Notes: generated by a model from the letters alone, not told the origin. Shown: positions 20,358 through 31,722, counted from the stretch's first letter. The stretch is DNA of 64,000 nucleotides from Calditrichia bacterium (GCA_963796965.1 CAWCNS010000011.1:640001-704000), one strand, 5' to 3'. Numbers and translations are program-made.

Positions 20358-21395
20358 TCAGACAAATCTGCCCTGCCATTCTTTTTTTATACGTTTACGT
20401 TCAGGGATTAACATTTCCAACAAGACAAGGATCAATCCAATGATTAAAAATATCTGAAACCGATCTTCATATTGCGAAAATCGTTTCGATTTCAATTCTT
20501 TCTTTTCCATTTCCGATATTTCACTGTAAATATCATCCAATTCCGCTTCTCCCCGGCTCGCGAGGTAGTATTTACCACCGGTTTCATAGGCAATCTTTTG
20601 AAGGGTAAGTACGTCCAGTTTCGTGGTAACGATATTCCCCTGTCTGTCTTTTTTGAATCCTGTTTGACTACCACTCCGGTTATAGACAGGTATTGGTACC
20701 CCCTGGGTTGAACCAATGCCAACCGTATAAATTATGATACCTTCTTGTTCTGCTTCTTCCGCGGCTTCTAAGGGTTTTGACTCATGATCTTCACCATCTG
20801 TTATGAGGATCAACACCTTATGTTTTCGTTCATCAGAATTAAATGATGAAACCGCTTTTCTGATTGCATTCCCGATTGCCGTTCCAGGTTGAGGAATCAG
20901 ATCAGTATCCATCATATTTAAAAATAATTTGGCTGCGCTATAGTCTAATGTAAGGGGACATTGCACATGTGCAATTCCTGCAAAGGCAATTAAACCAATA
21001 CGATCACCCTTAAGGATATCAATTAGCTTTCCAACCTCGTGTTTTGCCTTTTCCATACGAGACGGTTTGATATCTTCGGCAAGCATACTGGTAGAAACAT
21101 CCATCGCTACCATGATGTCAACACCTTCCCGTGTAAATTCTTCCAATTTCTTTCCTATCTGAGGATTTGCGAGGGCAAAAACGAAGAAGACATAACTCAA
21201 TGTAATAAGAATATATTTAAGATTTCTCCTGCCTGAAGAATAGGAGTACATGAGCTTTTGTAAAATCTCAAGGTTGCCAAACCTTTTCAACAATATCTGT
21301 TTATACTTTACTGTCCAGATAAAGAAAGCAATGAGAGCAAATACACCCCATAAAAAATGGAGAAAATCCGGGTTTTCAAATCTTAATACTTCCAT
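20358..21395 (-). CDS. batB: BatB-like vWA membrane protein
   Basis: ALANPQ.G, MIDAS DVSTSM, D..PSR, PLTLDY and LITDGEDH motifs. Confidence 0.92.
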   Translation of the reverse strand: MEVLRFENPDFLHFLWGVFALIAFFIWTVKYKQILLKRFGNLEILQKLMYSYSSGRRNLKYILITLSYVFFVFALANPQIGKKLEEFTREGVDIMVAMDVSTSMLAEDIKPSRMEKAKHEVGKLIDILKGDRIGLIAFAGIAHVQCPLTLDYSAAKLFLNMMDTDLIPQPGTAIGNAIRKAVSSFNSDERKHKVLILITDGEDHESKPLEAAEEAEQEGIIIYTVGIGSTQGVPIPVYNRSGSQTGFKKDRQGNIVTTKLDVLTLQKIAYETGGKYYLASRGEAELDDIYSEISEMEKKELKSKRFSQYEDRFQIFLIIGLILVLLEMLIPERKRIKKEWQGRFV

Positions 21396-21584
21396 AATTC
21401 ATTAAGTCTTATACGATAATCATAAATAAAAAGTTCGTTACAGTTTGATATACATTATCTGTTTTTAATTGCTATAGTTAATACTCGCTTTGATTTTAAA
21501 TACAAAGCACACCAAGCCCCGATGTATATATCTACATCACGTAGTCATATCGGGATAAAATCCTCTTCCGACAGAGAAAAATTT

Positions 21585-21643
21585 AATTACCTCCCCCATT
21601 ATCCCCCTCCTTATTAAGGAGGGGGATAATGGGGGAGGTAATT
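21585..21643. repeat. perfect 29-bp inverted repeat with 1-nt spacer
   Basis: AATTACCTCCCCCATTATCCCCCTCCTTA-T-TAAGGAGGGGGATAATGGGGGAGGTAATT between batA and batB. Confidence 0.95.
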
Positions 21644-21781
21644 CGAAAATTTTCTTTTTTCTTTGTGATCTTTGTGTCTTCTTCGTGAACTTTGTGTTTG
21701 ATCTTTTATCTTTTTTTCGCATTTGAACGGCGCCCCATGTTCACCCGATAGAAAGCAGTCCAGATTTTCCAGGATCCATAA

Positions 21782-22777
21782 CTAGGGTAGTTTTCTGAAC
21801 ACTGTGCTACCAAGTACTATTTCCAATATAAAAAACAAAAGACCCGAAATGAGGAATACATGAAAGTATTCTTCATACTGGGTAAATTCCTTCACATCAA
21901 TCTTTGTTTTTTCCAATTCACCAATTTCTTCATAAATTTCAGAAAGTTTTTTTGTATCAGTTGCTCTGAAATATTTAGCATTTGTATTGGCTGCAATTTT
22001 TTTTAACACCTCTTCATCAATTTCTACGGGCATTGGGACAAATCTTTTACCTAAAAGTGGGTCGTCCACAGGGTAAAGAGCTGTGCCCTGGGAACCAGCA
22101 CCAACCGTATATATTTTCACATCAATGGCTTCAGCAATATTTGAAGCTGTAATCGGATCTACTTCACCACGGTTATTTACACCATCCGTCAGTAAAATAA
22201 TCACCTTGCTTTTTGCCTTACTGTCCCTTAACCGGTTTACAGCATTCACAATCCCCATCCCAATTGCTGTTCCATCCCAATCCTTATCGGCTACTTTAAT
22301 TTGCTCCAGTATCGTTAATAATACCCCATAATCTAATGTTAGAGGGCATTGTGTGAAGCTTTCACCAGCAAAGATGACCAGGCCAAGGCGATCATTTTGA
22401 CGTCCCTCAATAAATTCTTTTGCAACCATTTTTGCTGCTTCAAGACGGTTCTTCGGTTTAAAATCTTCCGCCAACATACTGGACGAAACATCAATGGCCA
22501 GGATAATGTCCACACCCTCTGTGGTTGTTTCACGCATCTTACTTCCAGATTGAGGTCGTGCGAAAGCAATGATAATCATTGATACAAACAGAAGGCGCAA
22601 TAGAAAGAGGCTATGCCTTAATCGCTGCTTTGCTGTTTTACCAACTTTTTTAATTACGTGAATATCCGAGAAACGGATTTTCCCGCCTCCCTTTCCCCTC
22701 TTTTTCATATACCAGTATGCCATTATCGGCAAAAGGAATAATAAATATAAATATTCTGGATTGGCAAAACGATACAT
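21782..22777 (-). CDS. batA: BatA-like vWA membrane protein
   Basis: FANP, ARPQ, MIDAS DVSSSM, DGTAIG, SKVIILLTDG.NN.G and YFRAT motifs. Confidence 0.93.
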   Translation of the reverse strand: MYRFANPEYLYLLFLLPIMAYWYMKKRGKGGGKIRFSDIHVIKKVGKTAKQRLRHSLFLLRLLFVSMIIIAFARPQSGSKMRETTTEGVDIILAIDVSSSMLAEDFKPKNRLEAAKMVAKEFIEGRQNDRLGLVIFAGESFTQCPLTLDYGVLLTILEQIKVADKDWDGTAIGMGIVNAVNRLRDSKAKSKVIILLTDGVNNRGEVDPITASNIAEAIDVKIYTVGAGSQGTALYPVDDPLLGKRFVPMPVEIDEEVLKKIAANTNAKYFRATDTKKLSEIYEEIGELEKTKIDVKEFTQYEEYFHVFLISGLLFFILEIVLGSTVFRKLP

Positions 22778-24129
22778 CAGCTCTGTTCCCCGCTTACAGC
22801 TGTGGGTGCTTCTAAAAAGTCGGCTATTTTTACTTCCAGATTGTCAAAAGAACTACTTTGAATCTCCACAATGGCTTTAGATGAAGGACAAAAGGCGACT
22901 TTAATTTCTTTGTGAGAATTGACTAATAATTGCTGAATTTCCTTACCCTTTTGATAGCAGATAATTTTTCTTTCAGGCTGAGATAATCCAAATTCCCTTG
23001 GCGACCCAACTCCTTCGCGTAGAAATTTTTCCGCCTGCAAATTATTGATCGTATTTAGAAAGGAATCAATTTTCCAGTTCTTGACCTTTTGAGTTCCGGA
23101 TAGCATCCATGTAGAACTGGTATCTTTCACAAAATAAAGGATTGAATCGCCCTGATTAACGACGATACTATCCACGACATTCTTATCAAAAGAAGCGATC
23201 TTTTTATCCCGTAAATCAAAAAATGACTTATCAATATCCCTGACAAAACTTGAATCGACTGTCATTACGTGCGGCCGGCTGTTCTCTTTTACATTTGCTG
23301 AATTATTTACCAATTGTGATACAATAATCTGTTTATGTGCTTTACCCTCTCCTAAATATAAATCTACTGTATAGCGCGGATTAGCCAGATTATACTGTCG
23401 TGGATTATCCAATTCTTCGGAAACAACCGATTTGGCCTGGCCATTTTCAAACTTTCTAATCAGAGAGTTTACAGATATGTTATCAGCGGAAACCTTTTTG
23501 GGAGATAGAATATTCCAATCATCTCCCTCTTTTGAAAGATGTACAGATCCCTTCGTATTTTTTAATTTTAGTTCACGAACATCTGCTTCTTTAACCTTTG
23601 CAATAGACTTATCCCGCCAATCAAACAGCATTTTAGTAACATTATTTTTAAGATGTGAACCCACCGTGTAAACAATCGTATCTCCTTTCGAGATAAATAC
23701 ATTACTTCCTACAGGTGTATTGTCACCAAAACGAACAGAATCTCGCGAGCCATTATTAAATTCAAATGTAAGAAGGGAAGATCTTCCCACCAGACCATAA
23801 TCTTTCTCATCCCCATCTTTGATATAAAATTGTCTGACCTTTTTCATATTCTTGATAGCAGTCATCATACCATCTATCGTTGATTTATCTGCATCGGTTT
23901 GAACTGGTTTCAATATGCGCCATTCATTGCCAATACGCTCGAACTCAAATTGATTAAATATACTTCGTATTTCAATTTTTACTACGCTGTCTGGTTCAAA
24001 GACAATGATTTTTTCAGCAATTTCTTCTGCCTTTTCTCGTTCATCTCCACCCTTTATCTCATATAAATACACATACGCAGCAAGGACTGCCAGAATACCG
24101 AACAGAATCAATGTTTTTATCGTACTCAT
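22777..24129 (-). CDS. DUF4340-like membrane-anchored periplasmic protein with repeated domains
   Basis: N-terminal TM; repeated W.I..P....AD / YGL..P / RDK.I patterns; usual partner of GldG-like proteins. Confidence 0.8.
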   Translation of the reverse strand: MSTIKTLILFGILAVLAAYVYLYEIKGGDEREKAEEIAEKIIVFEPDSVVKIEIRSIFNQFEFERIGNEWRILKPVQTDADKSTIDGMMTAIKNMKKVRQFYIKDGDEKDYGLVGRSSLLTFEFNNGSRDSVRFGDNTPVGSNVFISKGDTIVYTVGSHLKNNVTKMLFDWRDKSIAKVKEADVRELKLKNTKGSVHLSKEGDDWNILSPKKVSADNISVNSLIRKFENGQAKSVVSEELDNPRQYNLANPRYTVDLYLGEGKAHKQIIVSQLVNNSANVKENSRPHVMTVDSSFVRDIDKSFFDLRDKKIASFDKNVVDSIVVNQGDSILYFVKDTSSTWMLSGTQKVKNWKIDSFLNTINNLQAEKFLREGVGSPREFGLSQPERKIICYQKGKEIQQLLVNSHKEIKVAFCPSSKAIVEIQSSSFDNLEVKIADFLEAPTAVSGEQS

Positions 24130-24190
24130 CTATTCCTCTATATTTTTACAAATCATTTTTTTGTTGTTAGCTGAATGTGAGATTGCAATC

Positions 24191-24228
24191 CCCAAATCCT
24201 AATTACTAAGTACTAAGTACTAAGTACT
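24191..24228. repeat. heptamer array CCCAAAT CCTAATT (ACTAAGT)3
   Basis: Read directly; same 7-bp periodicity as the other intergenic arrays. Confidence 0.8.
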
Positions 24229-24240
24229 ATATATAACAAA

Positions 24241-25761
24241 TTATTTCCCCCGGCGAATATAAAATATCACGCCGGCAATAATTACCAACAGAGGAATCGC
24301 AATCACTACCAAATAAAACAATGTCTTCACATCCGCTTGAGTAAGTGTCACACGACGATCATCAATATCTTTTGGGCGGATAGAAATGAGGTCTTCTTCT
24401 TCAGCAAGGTAATTGATCGTATTGAGAAAAATATCGGCGTTACCTTGGTTTTTCCAATAACCATTACTGGCAAAATCTGAATCTCCAAATATAGCCAGAC
24501 CCATTTTACTTTCACCAATAGTTTTTTCAACCAGAACAGCAATTGTTACCGGACCCTGTAAATCTGCGTCGGGGTTAAATGATACTTCCGGTTTCGTAAG
24601 ATCAGTTTCCCCCCAACTATTCTCACTGGTTTGAAGGATATTCTTAATATCATATCCCTCCTTATCTTCCATTGGGGTGACCGACGAGGTATTCGGATAA
24701 AATGTCATTACATTAAATCCCTTGGTTATGGTCAGATCCTGATTATAATTGGTGACCAGCGGCATAGCCGGACCCGCACCAAAAAGTTGTCCCATTCCAC
24801 TCGCATCAACAACCAAATCATTACCAACAATTACTTTATATCTGGCTATTAAACTAACCAGGTCTTGTGGATGATCCGGATCTATGAGAACAAACGCTTT
24901 GCCACCTGACTCCAAATAACTTTTTATGCTATCTAACTCACCCGGAAAAAAATTCGCTCTCGGATTTACAATTACCAGAACATTGCATGAATCGGGGATT
25001 GATCTGCCCTGAGCGATATTTCGGACCAGATTTAATTCCTTTACCAGATAGTTTTCCTTTTTTATCGATTCCGCCGCCTGTGAATAGCCCGATTGCCCCT
25101 GATCATTTATGGATTTTTCACCATGTCCGGTCAGGAAGTAAATCGTCTTAGCCTGCTCACGGGTAACTTTCATGATAGCATTGGTCAAATTGGCTTCGTT
25201 TAATTCTTCAATTATTTCCTTTTTAACACCCGACTCAACTATCACTGTATTATATTTCTCGACCTGATATTGCCGGGCTATTTGGGGCTCTTCATCAGGA
25301 TCTACAAATTCATATATAAGTTCTCCAGAACGAAAAGCATATTCATCGAGTAAATCTTGCGCTGTTCGTTGTTCACTTGTTTTGTAAAACGCTGTAACTC
25401 GAACCTCTTGTGCCAATCCATTTAAAATTTTATCGGTCTGATCAGCCAGACTATACAATTTATTTTCTGTCCAATCACTTCGAATATGTTGTCTTGTGGT
25501 AATAAAAGCCAGAAATCCGACAATTCCAAGAACTATCACAATCTGAACAATCACATTTGAGCCATATTGCAGGCTTCTTTTGGACAGACTTTTATCCCGT
25601 GTTTTGTAATGATAAAAAATGAGATATCCAATGCCAGCTAGTCCCAGCACAATTGTAATCCAGTTCAGGACACCCCATATATTCTGGATCGAATAGTAAA
25701 CCAGAGAGAAAAGAAATAGTACAATTCCAACAATTCCAATTATTTTATCTTGCAATTTCAT
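24241..25761 (-). CDS. GldG-like ABC transporter auxiliary component
   Basis: D.T.N..YSL..QT..IL, VDP...P, IYFLTGHGE, FGDSDF and N.D.FLN.INYL motifs; C-terminal TM. Confidence 0.9.
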   Translation of the reverse strand: MKLQDKIIGIVGIVLFLFSLVYYSIQNIWGVLNWITIVLGLAGIGYLIFYHYKTRDKSLSKRSLQYGSNVIVQIVIVLGIVGFLAFITTRQHIRSDWTENKLYSLADQTDKILNGLAQEVRVTAFYKTSEQRTAQDLLDEYAFRSGELIYEFVDPDEEPQIARQYQVEKYNTVIVESGVKKEIIEELNEANLTNAIMKVTREQAKTIYFLTGHGEKSINDQGQSGYSQAAESIKKENYLVKELNLVRNIAQGRSIPDSCNVLVIVNPRANFFPGELDSIKSYLESGGKAFVLIDPDHPQDLVSLIARYKVIVGNDLVVDASGMGQLFGAGPAMPLVTNYNQDLTITKGFNVMTFYPNTSSVTPMEDKEGYDIKNILQTSENSWGETDLTKPEVSFNPDADLQGPVTIAVLVEKTIGESKMGLAIFGDSDFASNGYWKNQGNADIFLNTINYLAEEEDLISIRPKDIDDRRVTLTQADVKTLFYLVVIAIPLLVIIAGVIFYIRRGK

Positions 25762-25791
25762 TTTTAATCTCCATTATATTGAAACACAACA

Positions 25792-26575
25792 TCAGGTACG
25801 CCATTTGATCGATTCAATTGATTTTAAAGATAAATACAATCCGAAGAATGTAAAAAGTATATAGTAGGCAATATGCGCACTATCAATTACACCCTGAGCA
25901 AAATCTTCAAAATGGTTGATAATCGATATATAATTGAGGACGGGAGACCAGGTAGGGCCGACATAACTTGCTCCCCACCCTATAACCCATAATATGAGTG
26001 AAAGAGCAAAACCCCCAATTGCAGCAATAATCTGATTTTCAGTTGTTGATGAAATAAATAATCCAATTGAGATAAAGGCTGCCACCCATAAAGATAAGTC
26101 CGATATACCCGGAGAGCACAGGTAAAAATTCAGGACTACCATAGACAAACAGTAAGGATTGAAAAAACATTGTAGGGATAAGCAAGACAATATAAAAAGC
26201 GAGACCTGCTAGAAACTTTCCCATAATAATCTGAACACTGCTTATAGGTGTGGTATATAGTAGTTCGACGGTTCCCTGTCTTTTCTCCTCAGAATAAAGC
26301 CTCATACTGATAGCCGGCAGGGTAAAAAGGGAAATAAGGGCAATATTCCAGAAAAAGGGTCTTATTAACATTATATTTACATTAAATTTTTGAGGCATTT
26401 GTCTGTATTGTTGTGCTCGTATTTGATCCATAAACGCTGCTTCAACAAAATTAGAGAGATATAAATAGAAAAATAGCCCTGTTAAGGCTGTAAAAATACC
26501 AATCACGATATAAGCCATGGGCGAATAAAAAAATGATTTAAATTCTTTCTCAAATATAGCAAATGTCTTTTTCAT
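25792..26575 (-). CDS. GldF-like ABC-2 permease, split by one frameshift near 26082
   Basis: KE..SFFYSP.AY, MRL.SEE.R.GT.ELL.T.P, GKFLA and SS.TENQIIA motifs. One extra G in ATGGGTGGCAGCC. Confidence 0.9.
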
Positions 26576-26576
26576 A

Positions 26577-27514
26577 TCAGGCGACCTCCTCCTTTGTCGT
26601 CAAATGCAGGAAGATATCTTCAAGGGTTACTTTATCTGCATGCATTTCCAGCAAACCAAGTTTTGATGTAACCAGTTTATATGCCAAATCCTTCCGCAAA
26701 TCTTTTTTACTTTCAATTGCAATTTTATAAATATTATCAGCATGTCGTATCGAACTTCATTGAGGTTATATCAGGAAAAGATTTAAAGACACTCTCTATT
26801 TTCTCCTTCTCCCCTTCTACTTCCAATAATACACGATCGGATCCACGCATTCGGGCAGTAAGATTATCAGGTGTATCTTCGGCTACAACAAGGCCGTCAG
26901 AAATAATCACAACCCGCTCACAAGTTTGTTCAACCTCTGGTAAGATATGTGAACTCAGAATAACTGTATGGTCACCTTTTAAGTTTTTGATCAATTCTCT
27001 AATTTCAATAATTTGCTTTGGATCAAGACCCACCGTTGGTTCATCAAGAATCACAACCTCAGGATTATTCAAAAGACTCTGGGCCAATCCGACTCTTTGC
27101 TTAAATCCCTTGGATAATTTACCGATCACACGATCTCTGAACATCCCCCAGACTGACTTTTTCAATAACCGTATCGATTTCTGACTTTACTTTATCCTTT
27201 TCAACACCTTTTATCTGGGCAACAAAATTTAGATAATCCATCACATCCAATTCGTTATAAAGCGGTGGATTCTCAGGCAAATAGCCTGTAATTTTTCTAA
27301 TTTCCATACTTTTATCAAAGATGTCATAACCACCGATTGTTGCCGTTCCACTTGTCGGCGGCATATAACAGGTTAAAATACGCATGGTTGTAGTTTTTCC
27401 TGCGGCATTTGGGCCGAGTAATCCAAGGATCTCACCCTTTTTTACGCTGAATGACACATTGGATATGGCCTGTTTCTGACCATAATAACGTGTTAATTCA
27501 TTTACTTCTATCAC
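26577..27514 (-). CDS. GldA-like ABC ATPase, split by frameshifts near 27135 and 26742
   Basis: GPNAAGKTT, LSKGFKQRVG, ILDEPT.GLDP and SSHIL motifs. A third frame (manual) continues ADNIYKI...TLEDIFLHLTTKEEVA to TGA at 26577. Confidence 0.92.
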
Positions 27515-27624
27515 TTCTGATCCTCCATCATTTGTTGTTTAATAATTAAGAGGTTATATTAATTTCAGTTCCAAACTTTTTTTTTCACGCAAAGACGCAA
27601 AGAAAAATTTATAAACAATATACA

Positions 27625-28647
27625 TTAACTGAGTACTGCTTTTTTATTCATTTCCGATTCACCTTCAGGTTTACTATTCTCCTCAACCGGACTCTGCTCT
27701 TCATAGACGACTTTTGTTAATTCAATAAAATCTTTTGCCCAATTAACGACATCTGTATTTTCTTTTTCTGAGGGAAAATATTTAGCAAATTTCGCCAGAT
27801 CAGATAACTCTAAAAATGCTTTAATGGTTGATGAGGTCTGGTCAGTTAAATCCTGGTTTTGCAATTCTTGTAAAATTTCACGACTGGTTTCCTCCAATGC
27901 CGGCACATAATAGCGCCCCTCAATGTAACGGCGGATAATCTCAGAAATTTCACTATAGAATAGTTTTATTTCACCCTTACCAATCAGATTTTTACCGATC
28001 AATTCCTCTAAAGCCTCCAGGGCGACTTCATGTGCTGGACGTGCTGGTTCATGCGGTTTTATTAGATACCCATCCTCTTTTCTCTTTCGGTAAAATCGAT
28101 ATCCAAGATAGACTAACACACCGATTAGAATGACAGAAGCCAGGACAGAAATCAACATGAGGTAATCGTAGGGAATTTCAATCGGTGCTTTAACATCCCG
28201 AAGTTCCCTTTCCTCATCCTGAATAACAGATTCTACATAAATTGCTATTGCACTTGCTTCAATTAGCCTGTAGTCCATCAAGGAGTCCGTTGGAAAATAG
28301 GCCACAGGAAAGGCGGGTATGATATAAGCACCTGTATCAAATACGCTTATAACATATTCAAATTTTTGTGAAATACGGCCATCCATTCTCAAGGGATCAT
28401 GAACTTTATAATCCTTAATTTCAAACTGACCAAGATTCACTCCCTCTCCCGGTTTTTCCACTCGCATAGTATCCACATGATCGATGGTAATCGTATAAGT
28501 TATACGATCCCCAATAGTAATACGAGAGGTATCAACGGCAGAGGTTACCTCAATTAATGGTTTCTCTTCCTGAGCATTTACCATATGCCCCAAGAGACAG
28601 ACCCATATATTTATTGTTAAGATAATGATTCTCATATTAAAATTCAT
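27625..28647 (-). CDS. bat-operon membrane protein (BatD-N/DUF4381-like)
   Basis: Signal peptide, Ig-like N-domain, DVK.P then TM; IIRRYIE..Y...ALE.TS.E and DLAKFAKY.P motifs. Confidence 0.75.
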   Translation of the reverse strand: MNFNMRIIILTINIWVCLLGHMVNAQEEKPLIEVTSAVDTSRITIGDRITYTITIDHVDTMRVEKPGEGVNLGQFEIKDYKVHDPLRMDGRISQKFEYVISVFDTGAYIIPAFPVAYFPTDSLMDYRLIEASAIAIYVESVIQDEERELRDVKAPIEIPYDYLMLISVLASVILIGVLVYLGYRFYRKRKEDGYLIKPHEPARPAHEVALEALEELIGKNLIGKGEIKLFYSEISEIIRRYIEGRYYVPALEETSREILQELQNQDLTDQTSSTIKAFLELSDLAKFAKYFPSEKENTDVVNWAKDFIELTKVVYEEQSPVEENSKPEGESEMNKKAVLS

Positions 28648-28788
28648 TTCACACAGAACTGTATAACATCCATCCGCTTAGCGCTTGGCGGATAGTGCAT
28701 ATCAAAAAAATATATTTATACCATGCGCCCTGCTCTTTGCCTTTTGGATATCTGACACTGAGCTTTCATGTCTCACATACCAACCATA

Positions 28789-29739
28789 CTACTTCACTTT
28801 GTTTTCATAAACTGTAACTTTTTCCGCTTTCATTAAACGTTCAAGAAGTTGTTGATAGGCCTCTTGTTGTTTTTCCACAAACAGATCCTGGGCAACCTGT
28901 TGTCCAACTTCCTGAAAGGACTTCTGTCTGGTTGTTTTCCCTTTATCATCCTTTTCAACATATTTTTCTTTATTTGCCTTATAATAAATCTCTATATCTG
29001 CCTGGTTTATATCGACCAGTTTCTCTATCTCTTCCTGAAGAACTTTTTGAGCCATTAACTGTTTTTTTGCCCTAAATGTCCCCTCAATAATTTCTTTATC
29101 CTGGTCAAGGTTTTTACGCTTTGCTGAATCGTATAAGAGAATCTCTGCCAGGTATTGACGAAGGAATGCTAACTTTTGTTCCCGTGTTGTAAATTGCGAT
29201 TTAAGGTAAGGGGGGAGTTGATTTATTTCAAAATCCAGATCACCCTGTGTAAATTTTCTATCTCCAATGGTCGCCAGCACTTCCCCAGGTCTGCTTTCCA
29301 CAACCTCTTCAGGCCTGAGAGCGGTTTCTTTTTCAAGAATTCTTTGGGCATCTTGAGATCTTTCCAATCGTTCCAAACAATTTACAATTCTTTTGCCAAC
29401 ATCGGATTGTATGTCACTTTCAGGATAGAGGTATTTTATGCGTAGATAATTTTCCAAGGCCATATTATAATCATGAAGCCTTTCAAAATAAATATTCGCT
29501 ATCTGATAATAAATATTGGCTTGTTTGGTTCTGCTTATCGGGTATCCAGCAAGATATTCTTCATATTCCTGAATCGCTGCGTCAAATAATTCATTATTTA
29601 GAAAAGTATGGGCAAGATTAATCTTTTTATCTGCATCTATTTGCGGCTTTTCACTTTCCGAGCAAGCGTTAAGGAAAAGACCAAACAAAACAACACCTAA
29701 CATAATATGTATAATGTGGTTACATCTTATTTTAAACAT
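28789..29739 (-). CDS. TPR + SurA/PrsA-N-like chaperone lipoprotein
   Basis: Lipobox LNA-C, TPRs, then VLATIG...FT..DL..EI..LP and DI..YY..NK..Y (foldase scaffold). No clear parvulin core. Confidence 0.65.
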   Translation of the reverse strand: MFKIRCNHIIHIMLGVVLFGLFLNACSESEKPQIDADKKINLAHTFLNNELFDAAIQEYEEYLAGYPISRTKQANIYYQIANIYFERLHDYNMALENYLRIKYLYPESDIQSDVGKRIVNCLERLERSQDAQRILEKETALRPEEVVESRPGEVLATIGDRKFTQGDLDFEINQLPPYLKSQFTTREQKLAFLRQYLAEILLYDSAKRKNLDQDKEIIEGTFRAKKQLMAQKVLQEEIEKLVDINQADIEIYYKANKEKYVEKDDKGKTTRQKSFQEVGQQVAQDLFVEKQQEAYQQLLERLMKAEKVTVYENKVK

Positions 29740-29804
29740 ATCCAATCCCAAATTCCTATTTCTTAATTACAAATATCAACTTTTTTATTTTGATTGTCAG
29801 AAGA

Positions 29805-30686
29805 TTAATACATCATCCGTTTTGCACGCATTCTAAAAAAGCGCGTAATCGGTTCCACATAAGATTGATCCGTTTTAATATTAATATTATCAACACCGAT
29901 AGATTTAAAAAACTTTTCTCGTTTATCACGCTCTTCTTTCGACTGTGAATAAAAACTTCCTCTAATTGAAGGACTGGCTGTATCAACGATAACCGTCTCA
30001 CCCGTTTCAGCATCTTCCAATTCAATAAAGCCAACATTTGGCAATTCTACTTCTCTTGGATCTATAATGTTGATAGCAATAATATCATGCTTTTTATTGG
30101 CAACTTGCAGGGATTTTTCATATCCTTCCGTGAGAAAATCAGATACCAGGAAGACGATGCTGCGGCGTTTAATTACACGGCTAAGATACTCCAGAGATAC
30201 ATTTAAATCTGTTTTTGAATCCTCTGGTTTAAAGTAAAGAATCTCTCTGATTACACGTAATACATGTTGCTTCCCTTTACGAGGTGGAATAAATTTTTCG
30301 ATTTTGTCTGAAAAAATTATCAGGCCAACTTTATCATTATTCTTTATAGCAGAAAAAGCAAGCACTGCGCATAATTCGGCAGCGACCTCACCTTTCATCT
30401 GGCTGGCAGTCCCAAAGTTACCACTGGAAGAAACATCTACCAGCAACATGACCGTTAATTCCCGCTCTTCATCAAATACTTTTATATAGGGATGACCAGC
30501 CCGGGCGGTAACATTCCAATCGATATTACGGATATCATCACCCATCTGATATTCCCGCACTTCTGCAAATTCCATCCCACGACCTTTAAACACAGAGTGA
30601 TATTCCCCTGAAAAAACCTCATTCACCAAACCGCGGGTTGCAATTTCTATTCGTTTAACTTTTTTTAATATCTCTTTTGGGATCAT
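29805..30686 (-). CDS. DUF58 (vWA-like) protein
   Basis: G.Y.S.FKGRG.EF.EVREY..GDD.R.IDWNVTAR, EERE, DVSSS and SDFL motifs. Confidence 0.94.
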   Translation of the reverse strand: MIPKEILKKVKRIEIATRGLVNEVFSGEYHSVFKGRGMEFAEVREYQMGDDIRNIDWNVTARAGHPYIKVFDEERELTVMLLVDVSSSGNFGTASQMKGEVAAELCAVLAFSAIKNNDKVGLIIFSDKIEKFIPPRKGKQHVLRVIREILYFKPEDSKTDLNVSLEYLSRVIKRRSIVFLVSDFLTEGYEKSLQVANKKHDIIAINIIDPREVELPNVGFIELEDAETGETVIVDTASPSIRGSFYSQSKEERDKREKFFKSIGVDNINIKTDQSYVEPITRFFRMRAKRMMY

Positions 30687-30732
30687 TTCAAACAGCAATT
30701 TAAAATTTAGAATTTAGAATTATTAATTGTCT

Positions 30733-31722
30733 TTATGGTACCTCAACACGGTTTAAAACCTTACGGATGACATCTTCAGTGCCAATCTCTTCGGCTTCTG
30801 CCTCATATGACAGGATAACCCTGTGCCGCATCACATCCATGCCAATCGATCTCACATCTTCAGGTGTGACATATCCCCGGCGACGTAAGAATGCATGTGC
30901 TTTTGCAGCAAGGGCCAAAAAGATTGAAGCACGGGGCGAGGCACCAAAAGTTATTAGATCATTTAAATCTTCCAACCCGTATTGACCCGGATTTCTTGTG
31001 GCAAAGACGATATCGACAATGTATTTTTCGATTTTTTCATCAATATATATTTCTTTAACTGCCTTACGGGCTTTTACAATATCGGAAGGAGAAATAACAG
31101 GTTTCACCTCTACCTCATCGTTTTTAGTTACCCGCCGCATAATTTCAAGTTCTTCCTCTGGGGATGGATAGCCAACACTCAGTTTTAACATAAAACGATC
31201 AACCTGTGCTTCAGGGAGTGGATAAGTACCCTCTTGTTCAATGGGATTTTGTGTAGCTAAAACTAAAAATGGATCTTCAAGTTTAAAGGTATTTTCCCCA
31301 ATTGTGACTTGCCGTTCCTGCATAGCCTCCAATAGAGCACTTTGAACTTTTGCCGGAGAACGATTGATTTCATCTGCTAAAATCAAATTAGAAAAGATAG
31401 GACCTTTTTTTGTTGTAAATTCCCCATCTTTTTGATTAAAAATAAGTGTTCCCAGTAAATCGGCAGGTAACAAATCCGGGGTGAATTGGATCCGTTGAAA
31501 ATTTGTTTTGACTGTTCCAGACAGTGTTTTAACCGTCAAAGTTTTGGCTAAACCTGGCACTCCTTCAAGTAAAATATGTCCATTTGACAGAAGTCCGATT
31601 AATAACCGCTCAATCATATAGTTCTGACCAACAATGACTTTTCCTATCTCCGCGACTATCTTTTCAACAAATTCACTTTCTTTTAAAATCTTATCATTGA
31701 TAGCCTTAATGTCCGGATTCAT
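30733..31722 (-). CDS. moxR: MoxR family AAA+ ATPase
   Basis: LLEGVPGLAKT, RIQFTPDLLP, LADEINR, ATQNPIEQEGTYPLPEAQ.DRF and GASPRA motifs. Confidence 0.96.
   Translation of the reverse strand: MNPDIKAINDKILKESEFVEKIVAEIGKVIVGQNYMIERLLIGLLSNGHILLEGVPGLAKTLTVKTLSGTVKTNFQRIQFTPDLLPADLLGTLIFNQKDGEFTTKKGPIFSNLILADEINRSPAKVQSALLEAMQERQVTIGENTFKLEDPFLVLATQNPIEQEGTYPLPEAQVDRFMLKLSVGYPSPEEELEIMRRVTKNDEVEVKPVISPSDIVKARKAVKEIYIDEKIEKYIVDIVFATRNPGQYGLEDLNDLITFGASPRASIFLALAAKAHAFLRRRGYVTPEDVRSIGMDVMRHRVILSYEAEAEEIGTEDVIRKVLNRVEVP

Noticed and set aside
24241..27514. Evidence of gliding motility or a type IX secretion system
   Set aside because: GldA/F/G-like ABC modules are widespread, and no gldK/L/M/N or spr genes are in the window.
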